Source of the DNA: Nageia nagi
Taxonomy: Eukaryota > Plantae > Pinophyta
Length of the DNA stretch: 64,000 bases
Direction: 5' to 3'
Assembly: GCA_050084985.1 (NCBI GenBank)
Contig: JBITNC010000001.1
Span: 156,736,001-156,800,000 of the forward strand
In this document: positions 25,629 to 37,760 of the stretch, one piece after another
How positions within the stretch are numbered: the first letter of the stretch is position 1
Layout: every line of letters starts with the position of its first letter
Notes under the pieces: generated by a model
The model's database searches: none
What the model was told of the DNA's origin: nothing
Seen by the model: only the letters and a program-made list of their open reading frames with translations
Position numbers and translations under genes: made by a program

Positions 25629-28600
25629 TGTTGTGCTCAAACACAACACGCCCCAAAATATGCAATTTTACGGATCCAACTTTTTGCTAAAATCATGGCC
25701 ACTAGAGTCACAGCTTCATTCATCTTACTGCAATCACTCGTTACCCCATCATGAGCTAATATTGTATATCCTTCCCAGTCATAGTCACAGTGAGCTCAAG
25801 AGTAAATATGTCTAAGTTTGATTAAATATGGTATATAGGAAAGAGTATAGGGGTAGCCCAAGTCTAGAGAACAAGGAAAGATGGAGGGTATGAACTCGAA
25901 ATTGACAATATTTGGCTAAGTGTATGACTTTGTCACAGGTGCTCCAAGTAGAAACACCCCAAGTTGAGGCGCAATTATAAAAAGACACAATCTTGACTTT
26001 CCTAGAAGTGTGCCCAGCTTGAGGCAACCTCGAGACCAGGCAAAGATGAAAAATGACGAAGTGTTGGCCTTAAGAGATGTAAAATTCAGCTTGAAAATAG
26101 ACAAGGAGGCTAGCACATAATAAAAAAAGTCATAATCATGACTTTTGAAAGCATGCACCTGGCCAAGAGTAGCCTCAGTGTGGAGTGAAGAAGGTCAAGA
26201 TGCAAAATTGCAGCCTCCGTAAGAGATCTTCAATCAAGTCAAGGGCTAAAGGGTTGAGATCATAATTTCAAAAGTGATAATTATGACTTTTGAAGCTTGC
26301 AGCTAAGATAGAGAGACATGAAGACCAAGCACATGACAGAAAAAGATCAGATAATGACTTTTAGGAGCTTGCGTTTGGCTTGGTTGAGGTTCCAGATGAC
26401 TTTAAAGTGGAAATTTGGCTAAGTGTTGTCTCCAGAGTATCCATATCAACTTGAGATGGCATGAGAAAGACATAAGGGGGAGGGCACATGATTAAAAAAT
26501 GTCATAATTATGACTTCCTAAAGTATGCGCCTAGATCAAGGACACCTATAAGCCTAGAGCATGGAGAAAAAAGACATAATCATTACTTTTCAAAGCATGT
26601 GCTTGGCTTAAGGGACCTTCTAGGTGAGTTTGGCATGAAAATTTGACTAAGGCATAAGGGAAAGAGCATCAAAAACAGCCTGAAGTCACACTTGAAGGAA
26701 AGCGCATGACAAAAAAGTCATAAATATGACATTCTGGGACGTGTGCTCAAGGCAAGAGAGCTCTAGGTTCAATTTTAAGGTGAAAGAATGACTAAGACTG
26801 GGACCTAGAAGCATTAAAGGCCACTCAAAGTTACACAAAGAGACCAACGCATGAGTAAAAAGGACAAAACTATGAATTTTTGGAGCATGAGCCCAGCCAA
26901 GGAAGCCGCCTAGAAGGGTTTAAAGTAAAATTTTGACTAAGTATAGGCCTCAAAAGCATCAAAGTAAGCAAGAGCTATCTATTGTGCCTTGAGATTGGCT
27001 TTAGGCAACGGATAGTCAATTCTGGACAATGTAAAGATAATATCAGGGAGCGATTCACGAAGATTACTTGTCAAAGATCCTGAAGAGTATCAGAGCATCC
27101 AGTCACCAATTTTACAGCCAAGGCGCCAATTAGGATAAATGGAGATGGGAGTCGTTTTTCAAAGTTTGCCAAAGTTGAAATCAAAATACACAAGCCAAAA
27201 GAGAACCCCGTTTCAAACAAGTTTATGGTTGGAATTTTTGGGATTTGATCAAGTTTGCTCTTTGGAGAGCTAGGCGCAGGTTTGCCCCCCTTTGGAATTA
27301 TCAAAGCAAGAAAAGTGGCACCTAGGTTGAGAAATCCTTCATTTTGACAAAAAATTGGAAATAATTTTGAAAGAATGAGAGGGTGGAGGGTGCAAAATTA
27401 TACAAGTTTGCACTTTACACTAACCCTTTTGGACCAAGAAATCACCCCGCAAGGCTAGGCACGAGATTCCACCCCTTTGGCACTTCAAAGCCCTCAAAAT
27501 TGGCGCCTAGCATGCTTGTGTCCCAAAATGATGAAATTTCAACATGGTCAAATGCAAAAACAAAAACAAAAACATGGGTTTGGTGTGGAATCAAAATTCA
27601 TACAACTTTGGGCTTGGAAGTTCCAAATTTGATCAAATTTTACCCCTCTTGGATCTAGGCACAGTTTCTCACCCTTTGGTGATCTCAAAGCCTCAAAAAT
27701 AGCGCCTAAGGAAGGCATGGGTCCATTTCTCACAAAATTTTCAAAATTTGCACAAAAGCATGAGGTTATTGCACTTCAAATTCCACACCCATTGGCTAAA
27801 GAATTTCAAAAATTGATTAAATATGATGCTATTTGGAGGTAGGCGCCATTTCTCACCCCTTTGACACCTCAAACACCCCAAAATTGGCGCCTAGCATCCT
27901 TGTAGTCTAAAAAGGTGAAATTTTTAAATGATCAAATGGAGGAGTAAAAAAATGGGTACATGAAGGAGACGATTCTAAGCAACAATAGGTCTACAACTTT
28001 TTTATTTTGACCAAGTTTGAGCACTCCAAGAGCCAAGTGCGAATTTTCATGGCTTTGACACATCAAACATCTCATTTTGGTGCCTACCTCAAGATGGCAA
28101 GTTGAATTTTCAAGAAAAACAAGTTTTGAACACATGAATGCATGAAAGGAGTGATTCCAAGCAACATTAGATCATCAAATTTTTGATTCTAGACATGTTT
28201 GGGCACCCAAAATCCTAGGCGTCGATTCCAATGTGTTTGGCACATCAAAGCACCCAATTTTGGCACCTAACCAGCAAGCATGACGTTGAATTGTGACGAA
28301 ATTGAAATTTTGATAATATGGGGGCATGAATGGAGTTATTCTAAGCACTTTTAGGTTTTTGCAATTTTTGATTTTGAGCAAGTTTAAGGACTCGTATTCC
28401 TAGGCACACATTCTCATGAAATTGGCACCTAGCATGAGCATATGTCATTTTTTGACAAAAATTGAAAATTTTGCTCTAAGGCATAGGAGCGCACCCCAAA
28501 TTCTACATCAAATGGCTAAAGGATCTTGAAGAATCACAATTTTTTGCACATAAGAAGGCTAGGCATAGGAATGGAGTGGTTTGGTGACATCAAACTCACT

Positions 28601-31486
28601 GAAGCATGCAAAATGACACTACGAAGCATGCAAAATGCACCAAAGGCAAATTTGAGCACCATATTTTGTCACTAGAGCCAATTTTTCCCAAAAATGCACA
28701 AAACCCCAAATTTTGAGCCCAAGCGAAAAAAACTTCCAAATCGATCTTAAAAACCTCCAAGATCCATCTCCCATCCATCCATGGCCATATAAGATCCATT
28801 TGGGCACTTTTTAACTTTTTTTTATAAATTCCAACCCCCCCATCATTTTCCAAAATTTCAGAAAATCCTTACCAAATGCTCAAAAACTTGCCAAGATCAC
28901 TCAAATCAATGGTGGAATCCACATTTCAAAGAAAAGGGTACTCAAACATGGTGTAGGATATCCAAAATTGGCTCAAGATCCTTTGTAAAAGGATCAATTT
29001 TCATGTATATACACTAGAAGTAGTTGAAAGGATGAATGATATCTCCTACCACCTCAAATGTAATTTCATAATTTCGTTTGCATTTCAATTTCATTAGGTT
29101 AAAATTAGGGCAACATCCAAAAGTGAGCTCCAAAAAGTCTATAAATAAGACATAGGGCGGTCTCATTTTACTCAAAATGTTCAAGTCCAAAAAAAAGGCC
29201 AATTTTCATGAAAATTGAAATTTTTTGTAATTGAGGAGCAACTTGATGTACATGTGCATAACTCTTTTATGAGCATAATAAAAGTGGCTAAAAATTTATT
29301 CAAAGTGTGTTTTCATCTATTAGAGTTGTGTATTGACCCTTTGAGAGTAATTTTTGTAATTCAAGTATTTTCATGCCTTCTCTTTCAAAACTGGAGTTTT
29401 AGGAGAGTTTGTTGGAAACTTTTCAAAAATGTTTGCATTGTTGTTAATCCATTGGTTGCATGTTAAATGTTTTGTATTCTGAATTGACTTTTCTCTAAAG
29501 ACATCTTCCTAGACCTCTTGTTCAAAACCTTCCACCCTCACTCACACTCAGCCCATTTGATTGCATCAATCCTGCTTGCAAAGTACCGATAGTCAACTCT
29601 ACTCTTTGGTCATCTTTGGAATGATTGGACAACGGTCATTCATTTCAAAGACTTGATTGAATTGAACAAGATCTCTTAACCAATTCAAGAGAAAGAAAAT
29701 TTAGACAATGCTGCATTGTGACTGCCTATTTGAAATCTAGCCAACATTTTGCCTCATTCTCACTTTTCTTTTCTTTACTTTTTCATTTTCTTTAAAACTC
29801 AACAACTTTCGAACTATTGCACAATAAACACCTCGATCCCTATAAAAAAACGTGTGTTAACAGTTACTACCTCTACTACACCACTCAGTTGATTCCCAAA
29901 CAAGACCTACACAATTTAAGCTCGTATTAACGACAAGAGCTTATGATAGAAACCTTGGGGTATCAGTCCTTACAAGAAGAGTTCAGTAATGCGTTCTCAC
30001 ATAAATGTTGGGTTGCTTTCCCATCTTGATCATCTCACAGTGATCACCAAGTAAGAGGAAAGATTTTCCCTTCAACACTACCCAGAGAGAGAAGTGCATC
30101 ACTTCAAAAGACAAGATTATAACTTTCTCACAGATGCGCTCAAGCTAGGAAGAAGCTCAGTCTAGGCGCATGATGGAAAAGGACAAGATTGTGACTTTTT
30201 GAGGCATGCACCTTGCTCCAAATTTCGAAGACAGAGTGTCCCAGACTGTCCTAGTGATGCATACAAGTTACTAGATTATCCTTGCAAGTGCCAGAAGGTG
30301 AAGTGTTCAAGTCAAGTGTTGCAAACGCGAAGGAGATGGATTGATATTTCATGAGTACTAGTAAGATGGAGGCGTTGTGTTGGAGATGCAACAATTTTTA
30401 TTTTATTTTATTTTGTATAATTTCATTTCAATTTGGATCTCAAAACATTACTCATTTTGATTCAACCTTATGATGGATGAGGATTTGCTCCCACAAGTGT
30501 TGGACTTAATCTTGTAATGACACTTTGCATCGTTTCATTGGACCACTATTAATTAGGGTTAATTTAGATAAATTTCATTTGTATTTACATTAAGGTTAGG
30601 GCAACACTTAGGGTTGCCACTCAAAACTATTTATAGCTCTTGAGGGCTCATTTTGTAGGAGGATGATCATTTGCTCAAGAGGAGTTGTTATGAAATTTGC
30701 TAAAACTTTAATGCTCTCTTGTATGTGAATGTGATGCATGACTTAAACAAATCAAGACTTGTTGCCACTTGATAGGATTGTGAGTTGAGTATTTATGCTT
30801 GGTGTTTACTTATAGTAATTACAAGACTTTTGGGCATTTCTCGCAAGTGTATGCTTGTTAGAAAGATGAATGAGTATTTGAAATTGTGTAGTTGCTAATT
30901 GATGAAGATTACTCAATCTTTCGCATGAAGATGAATGAATATTGTTGAAATTCATGTTATGTCATTTGGTTTGATGTGCTACTCACGTTGTTATTCCTTT
31001 GAATCACTGTTATAGGCTCCTACTTATTTACAATTTTGACTTAGTCATTGTAGAAAGGTGGGATAAGTGAGTATCGCACTTCATAATAAACTTGGTAGGA
31101 AGTTGATCAAACCCCTGGTTCATTGGTGGACTTGTCCTTGAATGTACCCCTCTCGTGTGCCATCATCCCCATTTTACATTTTCCTTTGCCTTTCTTTTGT
31201 TATTTTTACTTTCTTTGCCATCAAAAGCCTATACTTTCAATTGGTGCAAGACAACTCCAATGCCCATAATAAACATGGTTAATAGTTGCTATCTCTACCC
31301 TCCCACTGAATATTCCAAGTATAGCTATTGTCATAGTCGCTTAAGACACCTTATGATGCTAGAAACCTTGAGGTAACCAGTCCTTTCAAGCGGGGGTTAG
31401 TAATGCAACCTCACTCACATGTTGGATGTCTTTCTCAAATTATCACCTAGGTGGTCTTCGTAAGAGGAAAGAAAAACACCCCAACA
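25629..31486 (+). mobile_element. 5' LTR (~2.75 kb net) of Tat/Ogre-like element C, interrupted by a solo LTR
   Basis: TGTTGTG start, ends CACCCCAACA, followed by a PBS; internal subrepeat pattern continues across the 26980-30077 insert. Confidence 0.8.
26980..30077 (+). mobile_element. Solo LTR (3.1 kb) of a related Tat/Ogre-like family nested in LTR C
   Basis: TATTGTG (decayed TGTTGTG)...CCCTTCAACA with TSD CTATC/CTACC. Confidence 0.8.
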
Positions 31487-31490
31487 TAAT

Positions 31491-31506
31491 TGACGCTAGA
31501 AGGAGG
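31491..31506 (+). promoter_or_regulatory. Primer binding site (tRNA-Asn type)
   Basis: TGACGCTAGAAGGAGG, one mismatch from TGGCGCTAGAAGGAGG, complementary to the 3' end of plant tRNA-Asn. Confidence 0.75.
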
Positions 31507-32645
31507 ACCTTGAATTGTCTTACACCCATTGTTAATTAGGCTTTCTGTAAGGATCCAAACACAAACTCAAGTGCAATTAAGAAAATTCAACTCAACAAGA
31601 GCCCACGTCTGGCCTAGAAGGACATCAACAAGCATACAATGAAAATATTAGGGTTAGGGCATTAATTACCAACTTCCACAATACAACAATGCCAACATCT
31701 GGCTTACACATGCAAGAATAGATGATCAAACCACAATGTTGCAATAATGGAAAATAACACAATATAACATGAGATCCAAATGCCCAACCGCTGTATAGAA
31801 GATATGAATGTCACAACAATACAATACCGAGCTCCCAGAGCTAGACGTTGGCCTCCAAGGAGCCAACAAGGGCAAATCGTGTATCCTTAATGCTAGACAA
31901 ACAAGTAGAACCATGGGACAGCCTCACTACCTTAGAACCTGAATCCTCTCCACCGAAGGAGCCCTCCTCTGATCTTGGCAACCAACTGAATGGTAGAATC
32001 TCAACCTCGAAAAACCATTGGATGGGCAAGGGTGCTACACCAATGCTATAGATAATCATGTTCCCTCAACCTAATAGCCCTCCTAGATGTTGCACCTAAG
32101 GGATTGCTTAGCACTTCTATGACTTGTGCCCATAGGACGGTATCAAGAGATAATAGTATAATCAGGTATATCCAACAATGAGGCTCCAATGCCTCCTTAT
32201 ACACTCAACTTTGTCTAGATCTTACCTAGGAGTCATCACCCAACTCCTTAATCCCAACGTTAGCCTCCTAGGGGCCCAGAATGCCTAACGTGGGTGCCTA
32301 GGGGTCAAGCATGCCAACGTGGGGACCTGGAGTGCCATAAATGCCAACTTGGGGGTCTAGGAGTCTCCCCAAGGCTGGTGCATGTATATAAGAGCTTATC
32401 CATCCACTTGAGTGTAAAAAAAACCTTGGGATTCCCACAATCAAGATCAGGATCTCCAAGTATAATAAAACACCTAATTAATGTTTGAGAGGGAGACGTC
32501 CCACTTGAGGTTCACAATGGGGTCCATTGACCCATTAAGTCTTCTATCCCAAGTTATAATGTGAAAGTACAATGCAATAATAAAATATATTACAAGAGGA
32601 ATCCGTTGAATTCCACAATTAATTACAATCATCCAAGGGGGACGT

Positions 32646-35355
32646 CACAAAGCCTCCCCTCTCGAATTGCTTAACCTCAAGCAATAATGGAATACTGCAG
32701 CATATTGTCTTCCAAGAGTCCTTTACTCTTGATGGCCGTGGTTTGCCATGGTGGAATGCAGCTTCAATATACTCTATCTAGGATGGCAGCGTGATGCAGA
32801 TTGCTGAAGCCTCATATCCATACATCAATGTAACATGCAAACACTTGGGTTTGCTGTAACTGTCACTCCTCATTAGCTGCTCCATGGTTGTCCTCAATAC
32901 ACATGGGGTTATATGTGTACCTCCGTAGGGATGTACCTACAAAAACCTCTAGTAAATCACATGTAAGTTTAAACAAGCGAAGCCCTTGCTCCATAGATAA
33001 GGCCGAAACTCCTCCAAGCTCAAAGTGGGGTTCCAAACCCTCGCATCACTCCATGAGAGGCCCCAAACTCCTCCACCTACCAACGTGGAGTACCAGGAAG
33101 CTAGTTGACTCAACATCATGAATGCAGACCTTCCCAGGTCCAATGTGGGGTAATAGAGCTCACCTAGGCTCAACATGCCACTCCCTAGCTCAACAATGCT
33201 CCATGAGAGGAATAAAACCTCCCTTATGCCCAACGTTGAGTGACCATCCTCTTTGAGGCTCAATGTGGGATGCCTAGCCTCTCCAAGGTTCAATGTGAGG
33301 TGCCCAACCTCTCTGAGGCTCAACATGGGGTACCTAGCCTATCCATGCCTTAATGTGAGGTGGCCAACCTCTCTGAGGCTCAACGTGGGGTACCTAGCCT
33401 CTCATAGGCTCAACATGAGATATCTTGCCTCCCTAAGGCCCAACGTGCAGTGTAGAAGGTATTCTAATCCCAACATAGCCCCTCCAAGCTCTCTAGAATG
33501 CAATGTAGGGTATGGTAGCTTCCTGATGCTCCTCTTCTCCTATTAGACTCCTTCCTCATCAAACGTGGACCCATCTTCTGCTTCCTCCTTATCCTGGCAC
33601 CACTCAATTACCTCTAGACGCTTATTGTCCACCTGTGGACAATCATCTCAAATCCCCTATAGTGTATGGGTCTTCCCATCGATCTCGAAACTCATAGTGA
33701 GTTTTTGATAATTGGTGTGAATGTCACCCAAATAATGAGAGAATGTCCCTTCAAAGGATAGACATAGAAGTTCTCCCTCAACATGCAACTCTGCAACCTT
33801 ACTCCAAACCTCTCAACGATGTGGTCCACAAGTGTGAATTTTCCGTTGGCATCGAAAACTCTAAATCCTTCAAACCCTTTGGCCTTCAGATTCTTCTTTC
33901 CACAAAGCCTGCATCGATGAAGTTATGGGATGCTCCTGGATCAATCAAGACCATCACATCTTGTCCACCTGCTTGCCCCACAACCTTCAATGTGAGGTAC
34001 TTCTTCATCCTGTGTAGTTAAGCAATCATGCTCCCTAATGTGCCCTTTTCCCTCGGTGCCTCCTGATATACGATTTCCATGCCAAGATCCAAATTTGAAT
34101 CATCCGACTCATCTTCTGAAAATACCTCTATGTAATGCACCTGTCCCTTGCCTTGACAACGGTACCCTGGCTCCCAAGTCTTCTTGCAATAGAAGCACTT
34201 TCCCTCCTCCCTCAATTTCCTCCGTGTAGCTACGTCCAATTGGTTCGTTCTAGGTGGGGGCAATGGTTTGGCCTTGTTGGGCCCTTTCTTGTCGGTAAAT
34301 GGCTTTCGTGTGATTGGCCCCTTGTACGGTTGCCCTCCCTTGAAAGATTTCACCGTCGGCTCAAAATCATACGCAACCCTAATAGCATCATCAAGGTTCC
34401 TAGGAGAGGACACCTTGACCATTCCCTGTAGTGGCTCCATCAAACCCTCGATGAAGAGGAATGTCAATCGTTCCTCTGGAATGTGGTGGATAATGATTGT
34501 GATTTTTTGAAACTCTGACACATACTCATCCACCGCTCCTTACTGCCTCAATCATGTCAAATCCCAAAAGTAGTCATTCTCCCTCTTCCAGTCAAACCTC
34601 TTAACCAACCGCCTAGCAAACTCATCGAAGGAGGTGATGAGTGAATAATCCTAGCTAATCACCCCATACTACCACCACTCTAGGGCATCACCCTCAAAAT
34701 GTAAATATGTAAAGTGAATCACATCCTCCTCCACCATGTTTGGGCTCAAGGTGAAGTAAGTCTGTAGTTGGTGCAACCATACCCTAGCAGTCATTTGTTT
34801 TCCGTCATACATTTGTACCTGCATTTTGTTTATTTTCTGCTGTAGGTCTCTCTTATCTCCCCACAAGCTGTTAGGAATGTGTGCACCGTGTGAACTACTC
34901 CCCTTCAACCCTAGGATTTCCAAGTAGCCATTGAAATTGACATCTCTTTAATCCTGAATCCAACATGGAATACTCCCTGAAAATTTGATTCAGCTCCAGT
35001 AGGCTAGGAACCCTGTTCTTCATTTCCTCCCTACACTTCTTTGCAAACATGGGCTTGGATGCCTTGGAGATGATGGGTTCTTCCCCCATCCTAGCAATGT
35101 CCTCCTCCAGGTACCTCCCTAGGGGAGGGTTAGTACCCTATGGCGCTCGGTGTGAATGTGATCTCAAAAATGTGGGTTCTGGACACCTCATAGATCCGTG
35201 GTGAGTAGACTCTCGATCTCTCAAACTATAGGATCTCCTCATGCTCGGCCCTCGATCTTCCCTATCCTCCTCATGCAACTCCTCTTTGTCATCTCTAGTA
35301 TGATGTGGGGGACTAATTTGTCTCTTAGGCTCCTCACAAACCCCCATATGCTTAT
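32646..35355 (-). pseudogene. Element A Gag (capsid, CCHC-like knuckle), aspartic protease, 10-aa repeats and C-terminal tail; the N-terminus lies at 44705-45030
   Basis: LHFEGDALEWW, KLREEGKCFYCKKTWEPGYRC, VLIDPGASHNFID, then in-frame TLSLREVGHL-type repeats and a tail ending LLEVKQFERGGFV. Confidence 0.88.
33021..33520. repeat. 30-bp minisatellite, ~17 units, CAACGTGGGG core
   Basis: Units in register every 30 bp from 33021 to 33501. Confidence 0.9.
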
Positions 35356-36572
35356 TGTGAAGATACAAATGGGATCTCAAGGTTAAATCAACAAATTCGA
35401 TCACAATTGCCCAGACGTCAGGCCTAGGGCATCAAACACCAACAATACAAACCCTCAAGTGCCAAAGTTAGGGTTAGAATATGCAATACACCTCACAAGA
35501 ATGAAAATATGCCAACGACTAGCAATTACAAGTAGATAGCAATGAACACAAGCTCACAATGCCAACGTCTTGCCCAAACACACATTATCCGATCAGCAAT
35601 ACATCATAATGCCAACGCATGATAAATACAAGCATACACAACAATAATGATCCAACGCATGCACAAGGTGAGTCAACGCAACACAAGCATTGAATCCAAA
35701 TGCCCTCTGGCTATACGAATGATATAGAATGATGATGTATACAATACCAAGCCCTAAGGGGTAGTCGTTGCCCTCCAAGGAGCCAACTGGGCATAATGAT
35801 GATATCCTCAATCATTGAACACAACCACTAAACCATGAGACAAAATATGCTCCCTCAAACCTCGAATCCTCTCCTTGAACTCTGGATATCTAACTAAATA
35901 GTAGAAGCAAACCCTTGGAATTCCACCGGATGGGCAACGGTGCTCCACAAATGTTGTAGATAGATAGGATCCCTCAGCCTGAATGCCCTCTAAACGCTAC
36001 GCCTAGGAAGAGTTGCTTACGACCGTTAAGGCTTGATGTCCGATGGACTGTAGAAGAAGTAATAATAATCAATCTTGCTCAATAATGAAGCTCCAGTGTC
36101 TATTTATACATTATCTTTTGTCCAGATCTCACCTAGGAGTCATCCCAAGCCCATCTAATCCAACGTTGGGCTTTTGGGGGGCTCAGCTTACCTAATGTGG
36201 GTGCCTAAAGGTTAGACATGCCACATGGGGGGCCTATGATCATTAAGTGCCAATATGGGGGTCCCGGAGCCTTCTTAAGCCAACGTGGGGGTGTGGGGCC
36301 TTCCCCAGTCTGGTGCTAGCATGCAAGTGGCCGTCCATCACTCTAATGCAAAAATACACCACGGGATTCCCACAATTCGGGATCTCCAATACAATAAATG
36401 CCTAATCTAATACTTAGGAGAGAGGCATCCCGCTTGGGGCTCACATTGGGGTCCATTGACCCATTAAGTCTCCTATCCTAAGTTACAACAATACAAATAC
36501 AAGTGCGTCAATAAAGTATTAGTACAAGGATGACCAATCTGGTCCCACTAAATGAACAAGTGGGAGGTCACA

Positions 36573-37261
36573 AAGCCTCCACTCTCAAATTGCTTGCCCT
36601 CAAGCAATCGGAGGAGAACACAGCATATAGTCTCCCAAGAATCCTTCGACACTGAAAACTAAAGCACATGATGGTGGAATGCAACTTCAATATTCATCAT
36701 TCCCGATGATGGTGAAGAGTGTATGGCAGAAACTCAATGACCCTGTGTCAATGCAAACTGCAAACACTCTGATTTGTTGTAACTATCACTCCTCAACAAC
36801 TACTCAATGTATGTCCTCCGTAACCATGGAAGTGTAAGCAAGTCTAGCCGAAACTGTACCTACAAGAACCTTGAGAAGATCATGGTTAGTGAAAAATAAG
36901 TAGACCCTGGGCTCCACTCATGAAGTAGTGACTCCTCCCAAGCTCCATCCAGAACTCCCCAATCTCCTCATGTCCAGTGTGAGGCAAGAAATCACCCCAT
37001 CCTCCAACTCCTAAAACATTCGTGAGGGGAATGCAACCTCCCTCATGCTCAATGTTAGGTGGCTATCATCTTGGCACCTCCATACAGCAGACCCAGCCTC
37101 CTTAAGACCCAACGGGGGATGGTGAACCTCTTGGATACCCAACATGACATGGCAACCCTCCTAGATGCCCAACGTGGGGTGGCAACTCCTTAGGATGCCC
37201 AATGTGGGGTGGCAACTCTCCTGGATGCCCAATGTTGCCTCATCTTTTGCCTCCTCATGTT
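36573..37261 (-). pseudogene. Element B repeat region and C-terminal tail
   Basis: TLGIQESCHP-type 10-aa repeats (30-bp units 37108-37235); tail ...KDSWETICCVLLRLLEGKQFESGGFV. Confidence 0.75.
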
Positions 37262-37760
37262 GCTGACACCATAGTTGTAAAAATCGAATCGGAATTGGCC
37301 AAGCAAACAATCTGATTCGAATCGGATATGATTTTTTTCAAAAAAGTATTTATCTGATTTTTTCCGATTTCGATTCAAGATTTTTTTGACAAAAACATTG
37401 CAATTTTTTTTTTAAATCGGCAAAGAATCAATCTACGATTTTTTAGGAGTAAATCTGATTTTTTGGCCGATTTGATTCTGCAAAATATCACGATTCCCGA
37501 TAAAAAAACGGCAAAAAAACATCTGGTTGTCTTGGGTGCGAGTAGAGGGGTTTAAGTCACCAAAAAGCTCATTCATTTCATTTTTTTTTTCCATTTTAGA
37601 GCTGAGAGGAGCTGAGCTAACACCATTTTCAACAAGTTTGAAGAGATTCCAAGTTTCCAACTTTCCAATGCTTTGTGAGTTTTGATGGGTGTTTTTCATT
37701 TTCTCTCCAAGGCTTCAGCTATTTGTTTTTTCTTTTATGTTTGTTTTTGCAGTTGCAAGT

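Noticed and set aside
33021-33520. CRISPR-like regular array
   Set aside because: Head-to-tail 30-bp minisatellite without unique spacers, in a eukaryotic retroelement with no cas genes
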